From positions 25,372-89,371 of the forward strand of contig JAPPDJ010000033.1 of the NCBI GenBank assembly GCA_028824555.1: a stretch of DNA of 64,000 bases. The letters are read 5' to 3'. Made by a program: the position numbers and the translations under genes. The notes beneath the pieces are model-generated. The model was not told the origin of the DNA, did no database searches, and was given only the letters and a program-made list of their open reading frames with translations. Positions 39,352-50,556 of this stretch are shown piece after piece. Source of the DNA: Gammaproteobacteria bacterium. Lineage in GTDB: Bacteria > Pseudomonadota > Gammaproteobacteria > Pseudomonadales > Azotimanducaceae. How positions within the stretch are numbered: the first letter of the stretch is position 1; each line of letters begins with the position of its first letter.

Positions 39352-40161
39352 TTAGCCGGCAGGCTTCTCCAATGCCGCGAAAACCACCAGCGCCACCACC
39401 GGCAGCGCCGCGAGCGAAGCATCCAGCCGGTCCAGCACGCCACCGTGCCCTGGCAACAACGCCCCGGAATCCTTCACGCCCCGGGCGCGCTTCAGCGCAC
39501 TCTCGAACAGATCGCCAAACACCGCAGCAATGATGCCGACAATGCCGGCAACAAGCCAGAGCCACGCGCCTTCAGGCAACCACAGTGCCGCCGCCAAACT
39601 CCACACCATTCCCGCTAGAGCCCCACCGGCAAGGCCTTCCCAAGTCTTGCCCGGACTGACCCTCGGCGCCAGCCGACGACGCCCGAACTGCCTCCCCGCG
39701 AAGTACGCCCCACTATCGGCAATCGCCACCAACGCCAAGGTCCAGACGATGATCCAGCCGCCGTCCGGCTGCGCCTTCAACAGCACCATCGCGAGCCAGG
39801 CGCCTGCCAACGCCGGCACCGACATCGCCAGCGAAAATGGTGCTAGGCGAACCGTCTCCAACGCCCGCGGCCAAGTGAGGACCATCCCGGCGACGCCCAC
39901 CCAGAACGCAACCACCACCAAGAGCGCCGCATCCCACACGCCCGGGAACAGCCACAGCATCACCAACGAGGCGGCCGTGAGGGCAACGCCACCCGCCCTG
40001 CCCTCCCGCGAGTCAAGCCCGGCAAGCGCCGCCCACTCCCACGCCGCCGCCAGCGCAACGAGCCCCATCAGCACCGCGAACGGTACAAGCGGCAGCAGCA
40101 AAACGGCAGCGATCGCCAGCGGCGCCAGCACCGCCGCAGTCAGGAGGCGTGTGCGAAGCAC
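39352..40161 (-). CDS. cdsA: Phosphatidate cytidylyltransferase
   Basis: Polytopic protein. C-terminal SALKRARGVKDSGALLPGHGGVLDRLD signature. Confidence 0.9.
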   Translation of the reverse strand: MLRTRLLTAAVLAPLAIAAVLLLPLVPFAVLMGLVALAAAWEWAALAGLDSREGRAGGVALTAASLVMLWLFPGVWDAALLVVVAFWVGVAGMVLTWPRALETVRLAPFSLAMSVPALAGAWLAMVLLKAQPDGGWIIVWTLALVAIADSGAYFAGRQFGRRRLAPRVSPGKTWEGLAGGALAGMVWSLAAALWLPEGAWLWLVAGIVGIIAAVFGDLFESALKRARGVKDSGALLPGHGGVLDRLDASLAALPVVALVVFAALEKPAG

Positions 40162-40266
40162 TAGCGCCGCTTCGCGGCGCTCTGGCAGTTTCGCTCACGC
40201 GGAAACTGCTCAGGTTCGTCACACACGGGATTCGCTCATTCTCGGCCCAGGCTCCTAATTTGGGAT

Positions 40267-41013
40267 TCAGCCAGATTGCCGACGACCGAACCGGCGCTGG
40301 CGCGAGGCGAAGTCGCCGAAGGCGGCACGCAACTCGCCTTCCTCGAAGTCCGGCCAAAAGGTGTCGGTGAAGTAAAACTCCGTGTAGGCGAAATCCCACA
40401 GCAAGAAGTTGCTGAGCCGCCGCTCGCCGCCCGTGCGGATGCAGAGATCCGGCGCCGGCATCCCGTTCAAGGCCAGGAACGAGGAGACGCACTCTTCGTC
40501 CACCGCATCCGGGTCCAGCCTTCCCGCAAGCGCGTCCTTGGCGATCGCCCGCGCCGCGTTGGCGATGTCCCAGCGCCCGCCGTAATTGACGGCGATGGAG
40601 AGGAAGAGCCGGTCATTGCCAGCGGTGATGCGCTCCGCCCGCGTCATGGCCATCTGCAAGTCCGCGGGAAACTCGCGCCGATCGCCAATGAGGCGCAACC
40701 GAACCTGCTCCCGATCCAGTTCCTCCACGTCGTCTCGCAGCATCCCGCGCATGAGGTCAAGCAGCAGCTTCACCTCCCTCTCCGGTCGGCTCCAGTTCTC
40801 GGTGCTGAAGGCAAACAGCGTCAGATAGCGCACGCCGAGGTCCGCACAAGCCTGCGCCACGGTGCGGACGTTCTTGGCTCCCGCCCGATGCCCCATCGCC
40901 CCCGGCAACCGCCGCCGCAGCGCCCAGCGATGATTTCCATCCATCACAATGGCGACATGCGAGGGCAGGCATGTCTCGTCCGGCACCGAGGAACGAACGG
41001 CAGTTGCTTGCAT
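40267..41013 (-). CDS. uppS: Undecaprenyl-diphosphate synthase
   Basis: HVAIVMDGNHRWA, RTGGERRLSNFLLWD. Confidence 0.92.
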   Translation of the reverse strand: MQATAVRSSVPDETCLPSHVAIVMDGNHRWALRRRLPGAMGHRAGAKNVRTVAQACADLGVRYLTLFAFSTENWSRPEREVKLLLDLMRGMLRDDVEELDREQVRLRLIGDRREFPADLQMAMTRAERITAGNDRLFLSIAVNYGGRWDIANAARAIAKDALAGRLDPDAVDEECVSSFLALNGMPAPDLCIRTGGERRLSNFLLWDFAYTEFYFTDTFWPDFEEGELRAAFGDFASRQRRFGRRQSG

Positions 41014-41235
41014 GAAGGCGGGGTCGCTTACGTCACAAGCCGCCTATTCTGCACTTCCCCACCCTTTCGTCGGCGTGCAGTTCTTCACCAATTTTCCTTT
41101 GCAGTCTGTCGGACTTGGCCGTTTCGGCGATGTCCGACGGAGTGATAGGACGGCTTGGGCTGGGGCAAGAAGCGTTGTCCGAAGGCAACGGTTCTTGTGG
41201 CGCTTGCGAAGGCAATAGCCGACTCGTCTCGCAAG

Positions 41236-41811
41236 TTAAATCTCGAGCAGATCCGCTTCCTTCTCTGCCAAGGCTTCGTCCGTTGCCGCTGTGTGGCGGT
41301 CGGTTATGCGTTGGATTTCCTCTTCGGCGCGGTGGCCGTCATCCTCCGAGGCTTCTTTTTCACGGACGAGGTCGCGGATGTCGCTGACGGCGTCGCGGCG
41401 GACGTTGCGGATGGCGACGCGGCCTTTTTCGGCTTCGGCGCGGGCGAGGCGGACCAAGTCGCGCCGGTTTTCTTCCGTTAGGGGTGGAAGGGTCAGGCGG
41501 ATTACGTCGCCGCTGCTGTTGGGGGTAAGTCCCAAGTCGCTCTTCAGGATGGCGCGCTCGATGTCCACCACCAGCTTCTTCTCCCACGGGGAGATGAGGA
41601 GGGTGCGGGCCTCTTCGACCGATACCGTGGCGACGCGTGTAACGGGGGTGGGGATGCCGTAGTAGTCCACCTGCACGCCGTCCAGGATGGCGGCATTGGC
41701 GCGGCCGGTGCGGATGCGGGAGAACGCCGTCTTGAGCGCTTGCAAGGCGCCGTCCATACGCTTGCCGGCATCTTCCTTGATGTCGTCGATGAACTCGTCC
41801 CCCGCGCTCAC
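41236..41811 (-). CDS. frr: Ribosome recycling factor
   Basis: FSRIRTGRANAAILD. GTG start overlaps the pyrH stop (GTGA). Confidence 0.93.
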   Translation of the reverse strand: MSAGDEFIDDIKEDAGKRMDGALQALKTAFSRIRTGRANAAILDGVQVDYYGIPTPVTRVATVSVEEARTLLISPWEKKLVVDIERAILKSDLGLTPNSSGDVIRLTLPPLTEENRRDLVRLARAEAEKGRVAIRNVRRDAVSDIRDLVREKEASEDDGHRAEEEIQRITDRHTAATDEALAEKEADLLEI

Positions 41812-42533
41812 GGCCCCCGCTCTCCCCGTCCGTCGATTCTCGTTCCCACCTTGTCACCGCGGGCGATGCGCGTCAATGCGTCAGGTTCGGCCACATCGCA
41901 GACGATGATGGGCAGGTCGTGGTCGCGGCAGAGGCATATGGCGGCGAAATCCATCACCGCCAGTTCCTGCGCCAGCACTTCGCCGTAGTCCAGGCGGTCG
42001 TAGCGCTGGGCGGCGGCATCCTTTTCCGGGTCGTCGCTGTAAACGCCATCGACTCGGGTAGATTTCACCACCACCTCTGCACCGGTTTCGATGGCGCGCA
42101 GGCACGCGGCGGTATCGGTGGTGAACAAGGGACTGCCGGTGCCGCCGGCATAGAGCACTACGTGGCCAGAATCGAGCAGTCGTCGCGCCTTGGCGACCGA
42201 GAAGCCTTCGGCGATGGTCGCTATGCGGTGGGCGGAAAGCACTTCGGCAGCGGCGCCGGCGCTCACCAAGGCACTCTTGAGCGCCAGCGCGTTCATCACC
42301 GTGGCGAGCATGCCCATGTGATCGCCGGCGATGCGGTCGACGCCATGCCCAGCAAGGTCTTGCCCGCGAAACAGATTTCCGCCGCCGACCACGACTCCGG
42401 TCTCGACTCCTGTAGCCACGAGGCCGGCGATTTGGCCGGCCATGTTGCTGAGGACGTCAGGATCGATGCCAACGCCGGTGCTGCCTCCGAGCGACTCGCC
42501 GGAGAACTTCACCAGCATCCGGCTGAATGTCAT
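41808..42533 (-). CDS. pyrH: UMP kinase
   Basis: MLVKFSGESLGG, GGGNLFRG. Confidence 0.95.
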   Translation of the reverse strand: MTFSRMLVKFSGESLGGSTGVGIDPDVLSNMAGQIAGLVATGVETGVVVGGGNLFRGQDLAGHGVDRIAGDHMGMLATVMNALALKSALVSAGAAAEVLSAHRIATIAEGFSVAKARRLLDSGHVVLYAGGTGSPLFTTDTAACLRAIETGAEVVVKSTRVDGVYSDDPEKDAAAQRYDRLDYGEVLAQELAVMDFAAICLCRDHDLPIIVCDVAEPDALTRIARGDKVGTRIDGRGERGP

Positions 42534-42540
42534 GGCGCGT

Positions 42541-43401
42541 TCAGGCGCTCTTCTCGACTTGCGCGGCGACCTCGGCGGCGAAGTCCTCTTCCTGCTTCTC
42601 TACCCCTTCGCCCACCTGGAAGCGCTCGAAGCCGGTGCAGGTGGCGTTCGCTTGCTTGAGCAGCTTGGATATGCGCACTTGGGCGTCCTTGACGAAGGGC
42701 TGCTCCGTGAGGCTCGACTCGGCCAGGAACTTGCGCACCCGGCCTTCCACCATTTTTTCGACGATGTTGGCGGGCTTGCCGCTTTCCGCCGCCTGCGCCT
42801 CGAAAATGGCGCGTTCGCGGGCCACGGTCGCCTCCGGCACGTCCGCCGGGGCCACCACCAAGGGGCGCATGGCGGTGATGTGCATGGCGAGGTCGCGAGC
42901 CAAGTCCGCATCGCCCACGGTTAGCCCCACCAGCGCGCCCTGGCGGGAGTCCTGATGCAGATAGACGCCGACGGTGCCGCCAGGGGCTTCCACTCGGGCG
43001 GCGCGGCGCACATTGATGTTCTCGCCGATCTCGGCCACCAGCTCTGCCCGCCGACCCTCCAGCGCCTCGGCGATGCCTTCTGCTCCTTCGGCCAGCGTTC
43101 GTTCCGCCGCCTCGGCGACGAAGGCGACGAACTTCTCGTTCTTGGCCGCGAAATCCGTTTCGATGTTGATTTCGACGATAGCGGCTCTTTCGCCGTCAGC
43201 CGATGCAACGACGCCCAGCAACCCCTCGGCGGCGGTGCGGTCGGCCTTCTTTGCCGCCTTGGCGCCGCTTTCCCGGCGGACGATGGCGATTGCCTCCTCC
43301 ATCTCCCATCCGGCCTCCGCAAGTGCCTTCTTGCAGTCGCCAAAGCCGACTCCGGTGCGTTCGCGGAGTTCCTTGATCAGTTGCATGTTGGTGGCGGGCA
43401 T
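42541..43401 (-). CDS. tsf: Elongation factor Ts
   Basis: LIKELRERTGVGFGDCKKAL. Confidence 0.95.
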   Translation of the reverse strand: MPATNMQLIKELRERTGVGFGDCKKALAEAGWEMEEAIAIVRRESGAKAAKKADRTAAEGLLGVVASADGERAAIVEINIETDFAAKNEKFVAFVAEAAERTLAEGAEGIAEALEGRRAELVAEIGENINVRRAARVEAPGGTVGVYLHQDSRQGALVGLTVGDADLARDLAMHITAMRPLVVAPADVPEATVARERAIFEAQAAESGKPANIVEKMVEGRVRKFLAESSLTEQPFVKDAQVRISKLLKQANATCTGFERFQVGEGVEKQEEDFAAEVAAQVEKSA

Positions 43402-43499
43402 CGGTTGGATTCCTTCCTTAAGTCGTTGGGTTGAACGTGGCGGGGGCGCGGATTGGGCGTCTCGTCGCCCTCGCTACGCGCATTCATGAATAGACCAGG

Positions 43500-44246
43500 C
43501 TAGGCCGGCGCTTCCTTCCCTTCGTCCATGTCCACGAACTCCTCCAAGGCCACCTCGCCCGCACCTTCCGCGCGGCCCTCTTCGATGGCGTCTGCCGCTG
43601 CGGTGACATAGAGCCGCACGGCGCGGATGGCGTCGTCGTTGCCGGGAATCACGTAGGTGACGCCTTCCGGGTCGCTGTTGGTGTCGACAATGCCGAACAC
43701 GGGAATGCCGAGCTTGCCCGCTTCCGTGACCGCGATGCGCTCGTGCTGCACGTCCACCACGAACAGGGCATCGGGCAGGCCGCCCATGTCCTTGATGCCG
43801 CCCAGGCTGCGCTCGAGCTTGGCCATCAGGCGACGCCGTTGCAGCGCTTCCTTCTTGGTGAGCATCTCGAACGTGCCGTCCTCGGCTTGGGTCTCGAGAT
43901 CCGTGAGGCGGCGGATGGAGCGGCGGATGGTCTTGTAGTTGGTGAGGGTGCCGCCGAGCCAACGCTCGTCAATGAACGGCATGCCAACGCGCTCCGCCTG
44001 TTCCCGGACGACGCCGGAGGCGGCGCGCTTGGTGCCGACGAAGAGAATCTTGCGTTTGCGCGCCGCAAGGCGCCGCAGCTCTTCCAGCGCGGTAGCGAGC
44101 GCCGGCTGCGTGACTTCCAGGTTGACGATGTGAATCTTGTTGCGGGCACCGAAGATGTAGGGTGCCATCTTCGGATTCCAGAATCGGGTCTGATGCCCGA
44201 AATGCACGCCAGCGGCGAGCATGTCGCGCATGCTGATCTCGGCCAT
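43500..44246 (-). CDS. rpsB: 30S ribosomal protein S2
   Basis: ATG 44246. [22 protein letters not shown]. The rest of track ORF 43500..45629 is antisense shadow over map. Confidence 0.95.
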   Translation of the reverse strand: MAEISMRDMLAAGVHFGHQTRFWNPKMAPYIFGARNKIHIVNLEVTQPALATALEELRRLAARKRKILFVGTKRAASGVVREQAERVGMPFIDERWLGGTLTNYKTIRRSIRRLTDLETQAEDGTFEMLTKKEALQRRRLMAKLERSLGGIKDMGGLPDALFVVDVQHERIAVTEAGKLGIPVFGIVDTNSDPEGVTYVIPGNDDAIRAVRLYVTAAADAIEEGRAEGAGEVALEEFVDMDEGKEAPA

Positions 44247-44495
44247 GAGTTTCGCTCCGGGTTGGTTTGTCGAGGCCGCGCGGCAAAGCGCCGAATCCGT
44301 TCCGTGCTGGCCTTCGGAGCCAGCATCGGAACCACCCGCAGCGCCTCGTCTTGAGCCGCGCGACAGCCTGTTGGTTTGCTGGAAGGCACCGCATTGGTGC
44401 CCGTTGGCTTTAGGGAATCCCCACCCAGCGCTTTGCCGGGCGGCGGCTTTATACCATACTCGCGCCCTGTCTTTGCTCGGAGACTGGCTTCCTCT

Positions 44496-45365
44496 ATGCG
44501 GAATCAGCGCACCATGCGGCATCAGCGCACGACGCCCACCCTCGACGCCGGGGAAATCGACAAGATGCGCTCGGTCGGACGGCTCGCCGCCAGCGTGCTC
44601 GAAATGATCGGCGAGCACGTCCAGCCGGGCGCCACCACCGAAGACTTGGACCGCATCTGTCACGAGTACATCGTGGGCGAACTCGGCTGCGTGCCGGCAC
44701 CGCTCAACTACAGCGCATCGGCCGGCCAGACACCGTTCCCGAAGTCCATCTGCACATCGGTGAACCACGTCGTCTGCCACGGCATTCCCACCACCAAGAA
44801 GGTACTCAGAAACGGCGATGCCATGAACATCGACGTCACCATCATCAAGGACGGCTACCACGGCGACACCAGCAAGATGTTCCTCATCGGAAAGCCCAAT
44901 GTGTTGGCACGGCGGCTCTCGGCGGTGACCCAGGAGTGCCTCTACCGAGGCATCGCGGAGGTGCGTCCCGGCGCCCACATCGGCAACATCGGTCACGCCA
45001 TCCAGCGCCACGCCGAGTCGCATCGGTTCTCTGTCGTGCGCGAGTTCTGCGGCCACGGCATCGGCGCGAAGTTCCACGACGAGCCGCAGATTCTGCATTA
45101 CGGCAAGCGGAACGACGGCATCGTCCTCAAGCCAGGCATGGCCTTCACCATCGAGCCCATGATCAACGCCGGCAAGCGGCACGTGAAAATCCTGCCGGAC
45201 GAGTGGACCGTCGTCACCAAGGACCACAAGCTCTCCGCCCAATGGGAACACACCTTGCTGGTGACCGAAGACGGCGTCGAAGTGCTGACCCTGCGCGAGG
45301 AGGAACTCGGCTGGCTGGAGCAAGCGCCAACGGCGACGAACGCGTCCTTGGCGGTCTCCGCGTGA
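44496..45365 (+). CDS. map: Type I methionine aminopeptidase
   Basis: [31 protein letters not shown]. Alternative ATG at 44514. Confidence 0.9.
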   Translation: MRNQRTMRHQRTTPTLDAGEIDKMRSVGRLAASVLEMIGEHVQPGATTEDLDRICHEYIVGELGCVPAPLNYSASAGQTPFPKSICTSVNHVVCHGIPTTKKVLRNGDAMNIDVTIIKDGYHGDTSKMFLIGKPNVLARRLSAVTQECLYRGIAEVRPGAHIGNIGHAIQRHAESHRFSVVREFCGHGIGAKFHDEPQILHYGKRNDGIVLKPGMAFTIEPMINAGKRHVKILPDEWTVVTKDHKLSAQWEHTLLVTEDGVEVLTLREEELGWLEQAPTATNASLAVSA

Positions 45366-45369
45366 GCGC

Positions 45370-48126
45370 ATGCCGCGGGCGCGTCTGTCGGCGCGAGCGA
45401 TGGAACGCCCTGATCCCGAGCGCACTGGTGAGGAGCCGGCGCTGGTGAGGTCCGCGCCGGTGCCCGGCGACCTCAGCGAACTGCGCCGCCGCATAGGCCA
45501 GGCGGACGATGCGCTGGCGGCTCGCTTCTGGCGCGGCGAGGACGTCGAATGCCTGGTGGCGGAACGAGCGCGCTTCATCGACGCTTTCCTCGCGGAGGTG
45601 TGGCACGCCTTCTTCCATGGCAACAGCAATGTTGCGCTCCTGGCTGTGGGCGGCTACGGCCGCGGCGAGCTGCACCCGCACTCCGACATCGACCTCATGC
45701 TGCTGGCGCGCAACAGCTTCGTCCTGCGCGGTCGCCGCAGTCAGGAAGCCGTGGCCGCCTTCCTGCGCCTGCTCTGGGATCTCAAGCTCGACATCGGCCA
45801 CAGCGTGCGCACCCTGGCAGACTGCAAGCGCGAAGCCAGCCGCGACGTCAGCGTCGTCACCACCATGATGGAGCGGCGGCGCCTCACCGGCTCAGACATC
45901 CTCACGCGCCGCCTCGACAAAATCCTCTCCCGACCGGTGCTGTGGCCCTCCGGCAGGTTCTATCGTGTCAAGCGCGAGGAGCAAGAGGCCCGACACGCGC
46001 AGTTCGACGACGTCGAATACGACCTCGAACCCAACATCAAGGGTTCGCCCGGCGGCTTGCGCGACATCCAAACCGTCGGCTGGATCGCGCGCCGCCAGTT
46101 CGGCACCGCCGACCTCGCCGAGCTCGTCGAACGTTCGGTGCTCACCTCCCAGGAGCGCGACTGGTTGGTGGAGGGACGCCGCTTTCTCTGGCGTGTGCGC
46201 TTCGGCCTGCACTTGCTCACCGGTCGCCGCGAGGATCGGCTGCTGTTCGACCACCAGCGCGAACTGGCGCGCCGCTTCGGCTACGTCGACACGGACGCGC
46301 AGCTAGGCGTCGAACAGTTCATGCACGACTACTATCGCCATGTGCTGCATCTGCGCGAGGCCAACGACATCGTGCTGCAGCATTTTGACGAGAGCCTGAC
46401 AACCCGCCCGCTTCCCCGGCGCGAGGTCATCGAGCCCGTGAACGAGCGCTTCCGGCTGCGCAACCGCTACATCGAGGTGACGCGCGACGATGTCTTCCGC
46501 AAGACCCCCGCCGCGCTCATGGAGATGTTCGTGCTGCTCGCCAACCGCAAGGACGCGCTCGGCGTGCGGGCTGCCACCATCCGCCTCGTGCGCGAGCACA
46601 TCCACCTCATGGACGATGCCTTTCGCAACGATCCTGAGGTGACGCGCCACTTCATTGACCTGTTGAAGGCGCCGTACACGCTCGTCAGCCAACTCACCCG
46701 GATGCGCCGCTACGGCGTGCTGGGCCACTACATCCCCGAGTTCGGCCGCATCGTCGGGCAGATGCAGCACGACCTCTTCCACATCTACACGGTGGACGCG
46801 CACACCATGATGGTGATCCGCAACATGCGCCGCTTCCACGCCGCGAGCCGCGAGGCCGACTACCCTCTCGCCACCCGCGTCACCGGCAACCTGCCAAAGA
46901 TCGAGCTACTCTACATCGCCGGGCTCTTCCACGACATCGGCAAGGGGCGCGGCGGCAACCATTCCGACATCGGCGCCGGCGAAGCTGCCGAGTTCTGCCG
47001 CCGCCACGGCTTGAGCGACGAGGACATCGAACTCGTGGCGTGGCTGGTGCGGGAACACCTCACCATGTCCACCACGGCGCAGCGCAAGGACATCCACGAC
47101 CCGGAAGTGATCGACGAGTTCGCCCGCCTAGTGCTTACCGAGACGCGGCTCGACTATCTCTATGCCCTGACCGTGGCGGACATCAACGCCACCAATCCCA
47201 CCCTCTGGAACAGTTGGCGCGCGACCCTCATGGGGCAGCTTTACGTCGAAACCCGACGCGCCCTACGCCAAGGGCTCGACTCGCCCAGGCGGCGCAGCGA
47301 ACACGTCGCTGCCTGCCGGCGCACGGCGCTCGACGCCGCAGCGGAGCGGGGCCTCGCCGAAGAGCGGGTGCTGGCACTGTGGGACAAGCCCGGCGACGAC
47401 TTCTTCCTGCACCACTCGCCGATGGAGGTGCTGACGATCACGGAAGCCGCCCTAGCGCACGATCTGGCCGGCGGCGCCTTGGTGCTGATCCTGGACTTGC
47501 TCGGGGAGGACGGCGGCGGCGCCAGCGAGGTCTTCGTCTATGCCAAGGACCGCGACAACCTGTTCGCCGACAGCGTCGCCGCCATCGCCGGCCTCGGGCT
47601 TGGCATTCAGGCCGCCACCGTCGCCACCAATGCGTCCGGCGTCTGCTTCAACTCCTACATCGTGCTCAAGGACCGGGGCCCGGTGCCAAACGAGGCCAAC
47701 CTGCGCGACCGCATCCGCACAACGGTGGGCCGCGCCGCGCTCGGTCGCCTGACCGGGAGCAAGGCCGAGCGTCGCCTGTCGCGGCGGCAGAAGCAATTCG
47801 CGGCACCCACCGAGGTGCAACTCAGCACGGTTCCCGACGCCTCGAGTTCGACGCTGCGGGTGGTGGCCGCCGACCGGCCGGGGCTGCTCGCGCACATCGG
47901 AAGGCTCTTCATTGAACTCGAGCTTGCCGTCACCCGCGCCCGGATCACAACCTTGGGAGAGCGGGTGGAGGATGTGTTTGAAGTGACGGAGCGGGACCGA
48001 ACCGCCGTAACCGAGCGCGCTCGCGCCGACGACATCTGCACCCGCATCCGCGACCATCTCGATGCCCTATCGGCCTGTCGGATTTCGCCGCGACAGCGGC
48101 GAAGTGCGACAGGCGGATTGCCGTAG
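45370..48126 (+). CDS. glnD: [Protein-PII] uridylyltransferase / uridylyl-removing enzyme
   Basis: [16 protein letters not shown] nucleotidyltransferase motif, HD domain (HDIGKG), two C-terminal ACT-like segments. Confidence 0.9.
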   Translation: MPRARLSARAMERPDPERTGEEPALVRSAPVPGDLSELRRRIGQADDALAARFWRGEDVECLVAERARFIDAFLAEVWHAFFHGNSNVALLAVGGYGRGELHPHSDIDLMLLARNSFVLRGRRSQEAVAAFLRLLWDLKLDIGHSVRTLADCKREASRDVSVVTTMMERRRLTGSDILTRRLDKILSRPVLWPSGRFYRVKREEQEARHAQFDDVEYDLEPNIKGSPGGLRDIQTVGWIARRQFGTADLAELVERSVLTSQERDWLVEGRRFLWRVRFGLHLLTGRREDRLLFDHQRELARRFGYVDTDAQLGVEQFMHDYYRHVLHLREANDIVLQHFDESLTTRPLPRREVIEPVNERFRLRNRYIEVTRDDVFRKTPAALMEMFVLLANRKDALGVRAATIRLVREHIHLMDDAFRNDPEVTRHFIDLLKAPYTLVSQLTRMRRYGVLGHYIPEFGRIVGQMQHDLFHIYTVDAHTMMVIRNMRRFHAASREADYPLATRVTGNLPKIELLYIAGLFHDIGKGRGGNHSDIGAGEAAEFCRRHGLSDEDIELVAWLVREHLTMSTTAQRKDIHDPEVIDEFARLVLTETRLDYLYALTVADINATNPTLWNSWRATLMGQLYVETRRALRQGLDSPRRRSEHVAACRRTALDAAAERGLAEERVLALWDKPGDDFFLHHSPMEVLTITEAALAHDLAGGALVLILDLLGEDGGGASEVFVYAKDRDNLFADSVAAIAGLGLGIQAATVATNASGVCFNSYIVLKDRGPVPNEANLRDRIRTTVGRAALGRLTGSKAERRLSRRQKQFAAPTEVQLSTVPDASSSTLRVVAADRPGLLAHIGRLFIELELAVTRARITTLGERVEDVFEVTERDRTAVTERARADDICTRIRDHLDALSACRISPRQRRSATGGLP

Positions 48127-48214
48127 TGGCGAGCGAATGCGAGCACGAAGGCCAGCAGTTCGCGCAAGCGAACTGCCAACGCGCCCGCGGGCGCGCATCC
48201 ACAGCGGAAGCTGC

Positions 48215-49399
48215 ATGAATCCCTACATCGACGGCCTGCAACCCTATCCCTTCGAACGCTTAAACGAACTGAAGGCCGGCCTTTCGCCACGCACCAATCG
48301 GCCACACGTAGCGCTCTCCATCGGCGAGCCAAAGCATGCGCCGCCGGACTTCATCGTCGAGGCGCTCGGCCGCGAGGAACTCTTGCTCGCCGGCCTTTCG
48401 GCCTATCCGCCAACCCGCGGCGGCGACGAAATGCGCGGCGCCATCGCCTCGTGGATCGGGCGCCGCTTCGGCGTGGAACTCGATCCGGCGACGGAAGTGC
48501 TGCCGGTCAACGGCACCCGAGAGGCGCTGTTCTCGTTCGGTCAGGCGATGCTCAGCGGCCGCGCCGGGACGCGGGTGCTGATGCCGAATCCGTTCTACCA
48601 GATCTACGAAGGGACGGCCTTGCTGAAGGGGGCGGAGCCGTACTACGTGCCCGCCACCGGCGTGCCCGATTTCGAGCAGGTGCCGGATGCGGTGTGGCAA
48701 GAGACGGAGCTTGTGTACCTGTGCAACCCCGGCAATCCGTCTGGCGCGGTGCTGTCCGAGCAAGCGCTGGTGCGCCTGGTGGAGCGGGCACACGAGCACG
48801 ACTTCGTGATTGCCGCCGACGAGTGCTACTCGGAGATCTACCACAACGAGCACGCGCCGCCGGTGGGGCTATTGACCGCCGCCGCACGGGCCGGCCTCGG
48901 CATAGCCCGTTGCGTCGCCTTCAACAGTCTCTCCAAGCGTTCGAGCTTGCCTGGGCTCCGTTCCGGCTACGCGGCGGGAGACCCGGCGCTGATGGCGCGC
49001 TACTACGACTACCGCACCTACCACGGCTGCGCCATGCCGGTGCATGTCGCCGCGGCCAGCGTGCTAGCGTGGAGCGACGAGACACACGTGGTGGCGAACC
49101 GCGCCGCCTATCGCGCCAAGTTCGATGCGGTGGCACCGGTGCTGGCACGCGCATTCGAGCTCACGGTGCCGCCGGGCGGGTTCTATTTCTGGCCCGAAAC
49201 CCCCGGCGACGATTGCGAGTTCACGCGGGCGCTGTTCGAGCGCGAGAACATCACCGTGCTTCCGGGCAGCTACCTCGGCCGCGAGCAGGACGGCGTCAAT
49301 CCAGGCTCCGGCCGCATCCGCATCGCCTTGGTGGCACCGCTCGAAGAATGCGTCGAAGCCGCCGAACGGCTGGCGGCATTCGCCCAGGACTTCGGCTGA
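48215..49399 (+). CDS. dapC: Succinyldiaminopimelate transaminase-type class I aminotransferase
   Basis: ATG 48215. MNPYIDGLQPYPFERL N-terminus, and SLSKRSSLPGLRSGY with the PLP lysine. Confidence 0.8.
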   Translation: MNPYIDGLQPYPFERLNELKAGLSPRTNRPHVALSIGEPKHAPPDFIVEALGREELLLAGLSAYPPTRGGDEMRGAIASWIGRRFGVELDPATEVLPVNGTREALFSFGQAMLSGRAGTRVLMPNPFYQIYEGTALLKGAEPYYVPATGVPDFEQVPDAVWQETELVYLCNPGNPSGAVLSEQALVRLVERAHEHDFVIAADECYSEIYHNEHAPPVGLLTAAARAGLGIARCVAFNSLSKRSSLPGLRSGYAAGDPALMARYYDYRTYHGCAMPVHVAAASVLAWSDETHVVANRAAYRAKFDAVAPVLARAFELTVPPGGFYFWPETPGDDCEFTRALFERENITVLPGSYLGREQDGVNPGSGRIRIALVAPLEECVEAAERLAAFAQDFG

Positions 49400-49410
49400 A
49401 GGGGCGAACG

Positions 49411-50556
49411 ATGTCGGTGGACGATCCGACCGAACGAGTTCTCACCCTCACCAAGGAACTCATCGCCCGGCCGTCGGTTTCCCCGAACGATGCCGGCTGT
49501 CAGGAACTGATTGGCAAGCGGCTTGCGGGGGCAGGATTCGCCCTCGAATCCATGCCCTTCAACGCAGTGGACAACCTGTGGGCCACCCGCGGCAACGGCG
49601 CCCCGCTCGTCGTGTTTGCGGGGCACACCGACGTGGTACCGCCCGGCCCGGAGGAGGCTTGGGACACACCGCCATTCGAGCCCACGGAGAGGGACGGTTG
49701 GCTGTACGGCCGCGGCGCTGCGGACATGAAGTCGAGTCTTGCAGCAATGGTGGTGGCGGCCGAGCGCTTCCTCGGCGGCTGCCCCAAGCCCACCGGCACC
49801 TTGGCCTTCCTCATCACCAGCGACGAGGAAGCCGATGCCGTCGACGGCACCGTGCGTGTGGTGGAAGCGCTCACCGACCGAGGCATCCAGATCGACCATT
49901 GCGTGGTGGGCGAACCGTCCTCCACGGCGGCGGTGGGCGACGTGATTCGGGTGGGCCGGCGGGGCTCCCTGAGCGGCGAGGTGACAGTCACCGGCATTCA
50001 AGGCCACGTGGCATACCCGGATGACGCCCTGAACCCGATTCATGCGAGCCTGGCAGCGCTGGCGGACCTCGCGAGCCGGCGCTGGGACGAAGGCAGCCCG
50101 CCATTTCCGCCAACCACGTTCCAAGTCTCCAACATCCGCGCCGGCACAGGCGCCGGCAACGTCATTCCGGGGGAACTGGTGGCGGCGTTCAACTTCCGCT
50201 TCAACCCCTCGCAGACCGAAGCGGGCCTGCGCACCAAAGTCGAACAGGCCCTGGCACCCGTCGGCGCACCATGGCGCGTGGACTGGCAACTCTCCGGCCC
50301 TCCCTTTTTCACGCCCTCTGGAACGCTGACTAGCGCCGTACAAGCCGCCATCCGGAGCATCGCCGGGCAAGCAGCGGAAGAATCCACCTCCGGCGGCACT
50401 TCCGACGGCCGCTTCATTGCCCCAACGGGCGCAGAGGTGGTGGAACTCGGCCCCGTCAACGCGACGATCCACAAGGTCAACGAGCGCGTGAACATCGCCG
50501 ATCTGGCGCCGCTGACGCGCATGTACGAGAACATCCTCGCCAGACTCCTGGCATGA
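49411..50556 (+). CDS. dapE: Succinyl-diaminopimelate desuccinylase
   Basis: ATG 49411. VFAGHTDVVPPGP, GRGAADMKSS, SDEE. Confidence 0.9.
   Translation: MSVDDPTERVLTLTKELIARPSVSPNDAGCQELIGKRLAGAGFALESMPFNAVDNLWATRGNGAPLVVFAGHTDVVPPGPEEAWDTPPFEPTERDGWLYGRGAADMKSSLAAMVVAAERFLGGCPKPTGTLAFLITSDEEADAVDGTVRVVEALTDRGIQIDHCVVGEPSSTAAVGDVIRVGRRGSLSGEVTVTGIQGHVAYPDDALNPIHASLAALADLASRRWDEGSPPFPPTTFQVSNIRAGTGAGNVIPGELVAAFNFRFNPSQTEAGLRTKVEQALAPVGAPWRVDWQLSGPPFFTPSGTLTSAVQAAIRSIAGQAAEESTSGGTSDGRFIAPTGAEVVELGPVNATIHKVNERVNIADLAPLTRMYENILARLLA

Noticed and set aside
44247-45629. N-terminal 460 aa of the 709-aa minus-strand ORF containing rpsB
   Set aside because: S2 homology starts at ATG 44246. The upstream part is antisense to map (strong motifs) and Arg/Gly-rich.
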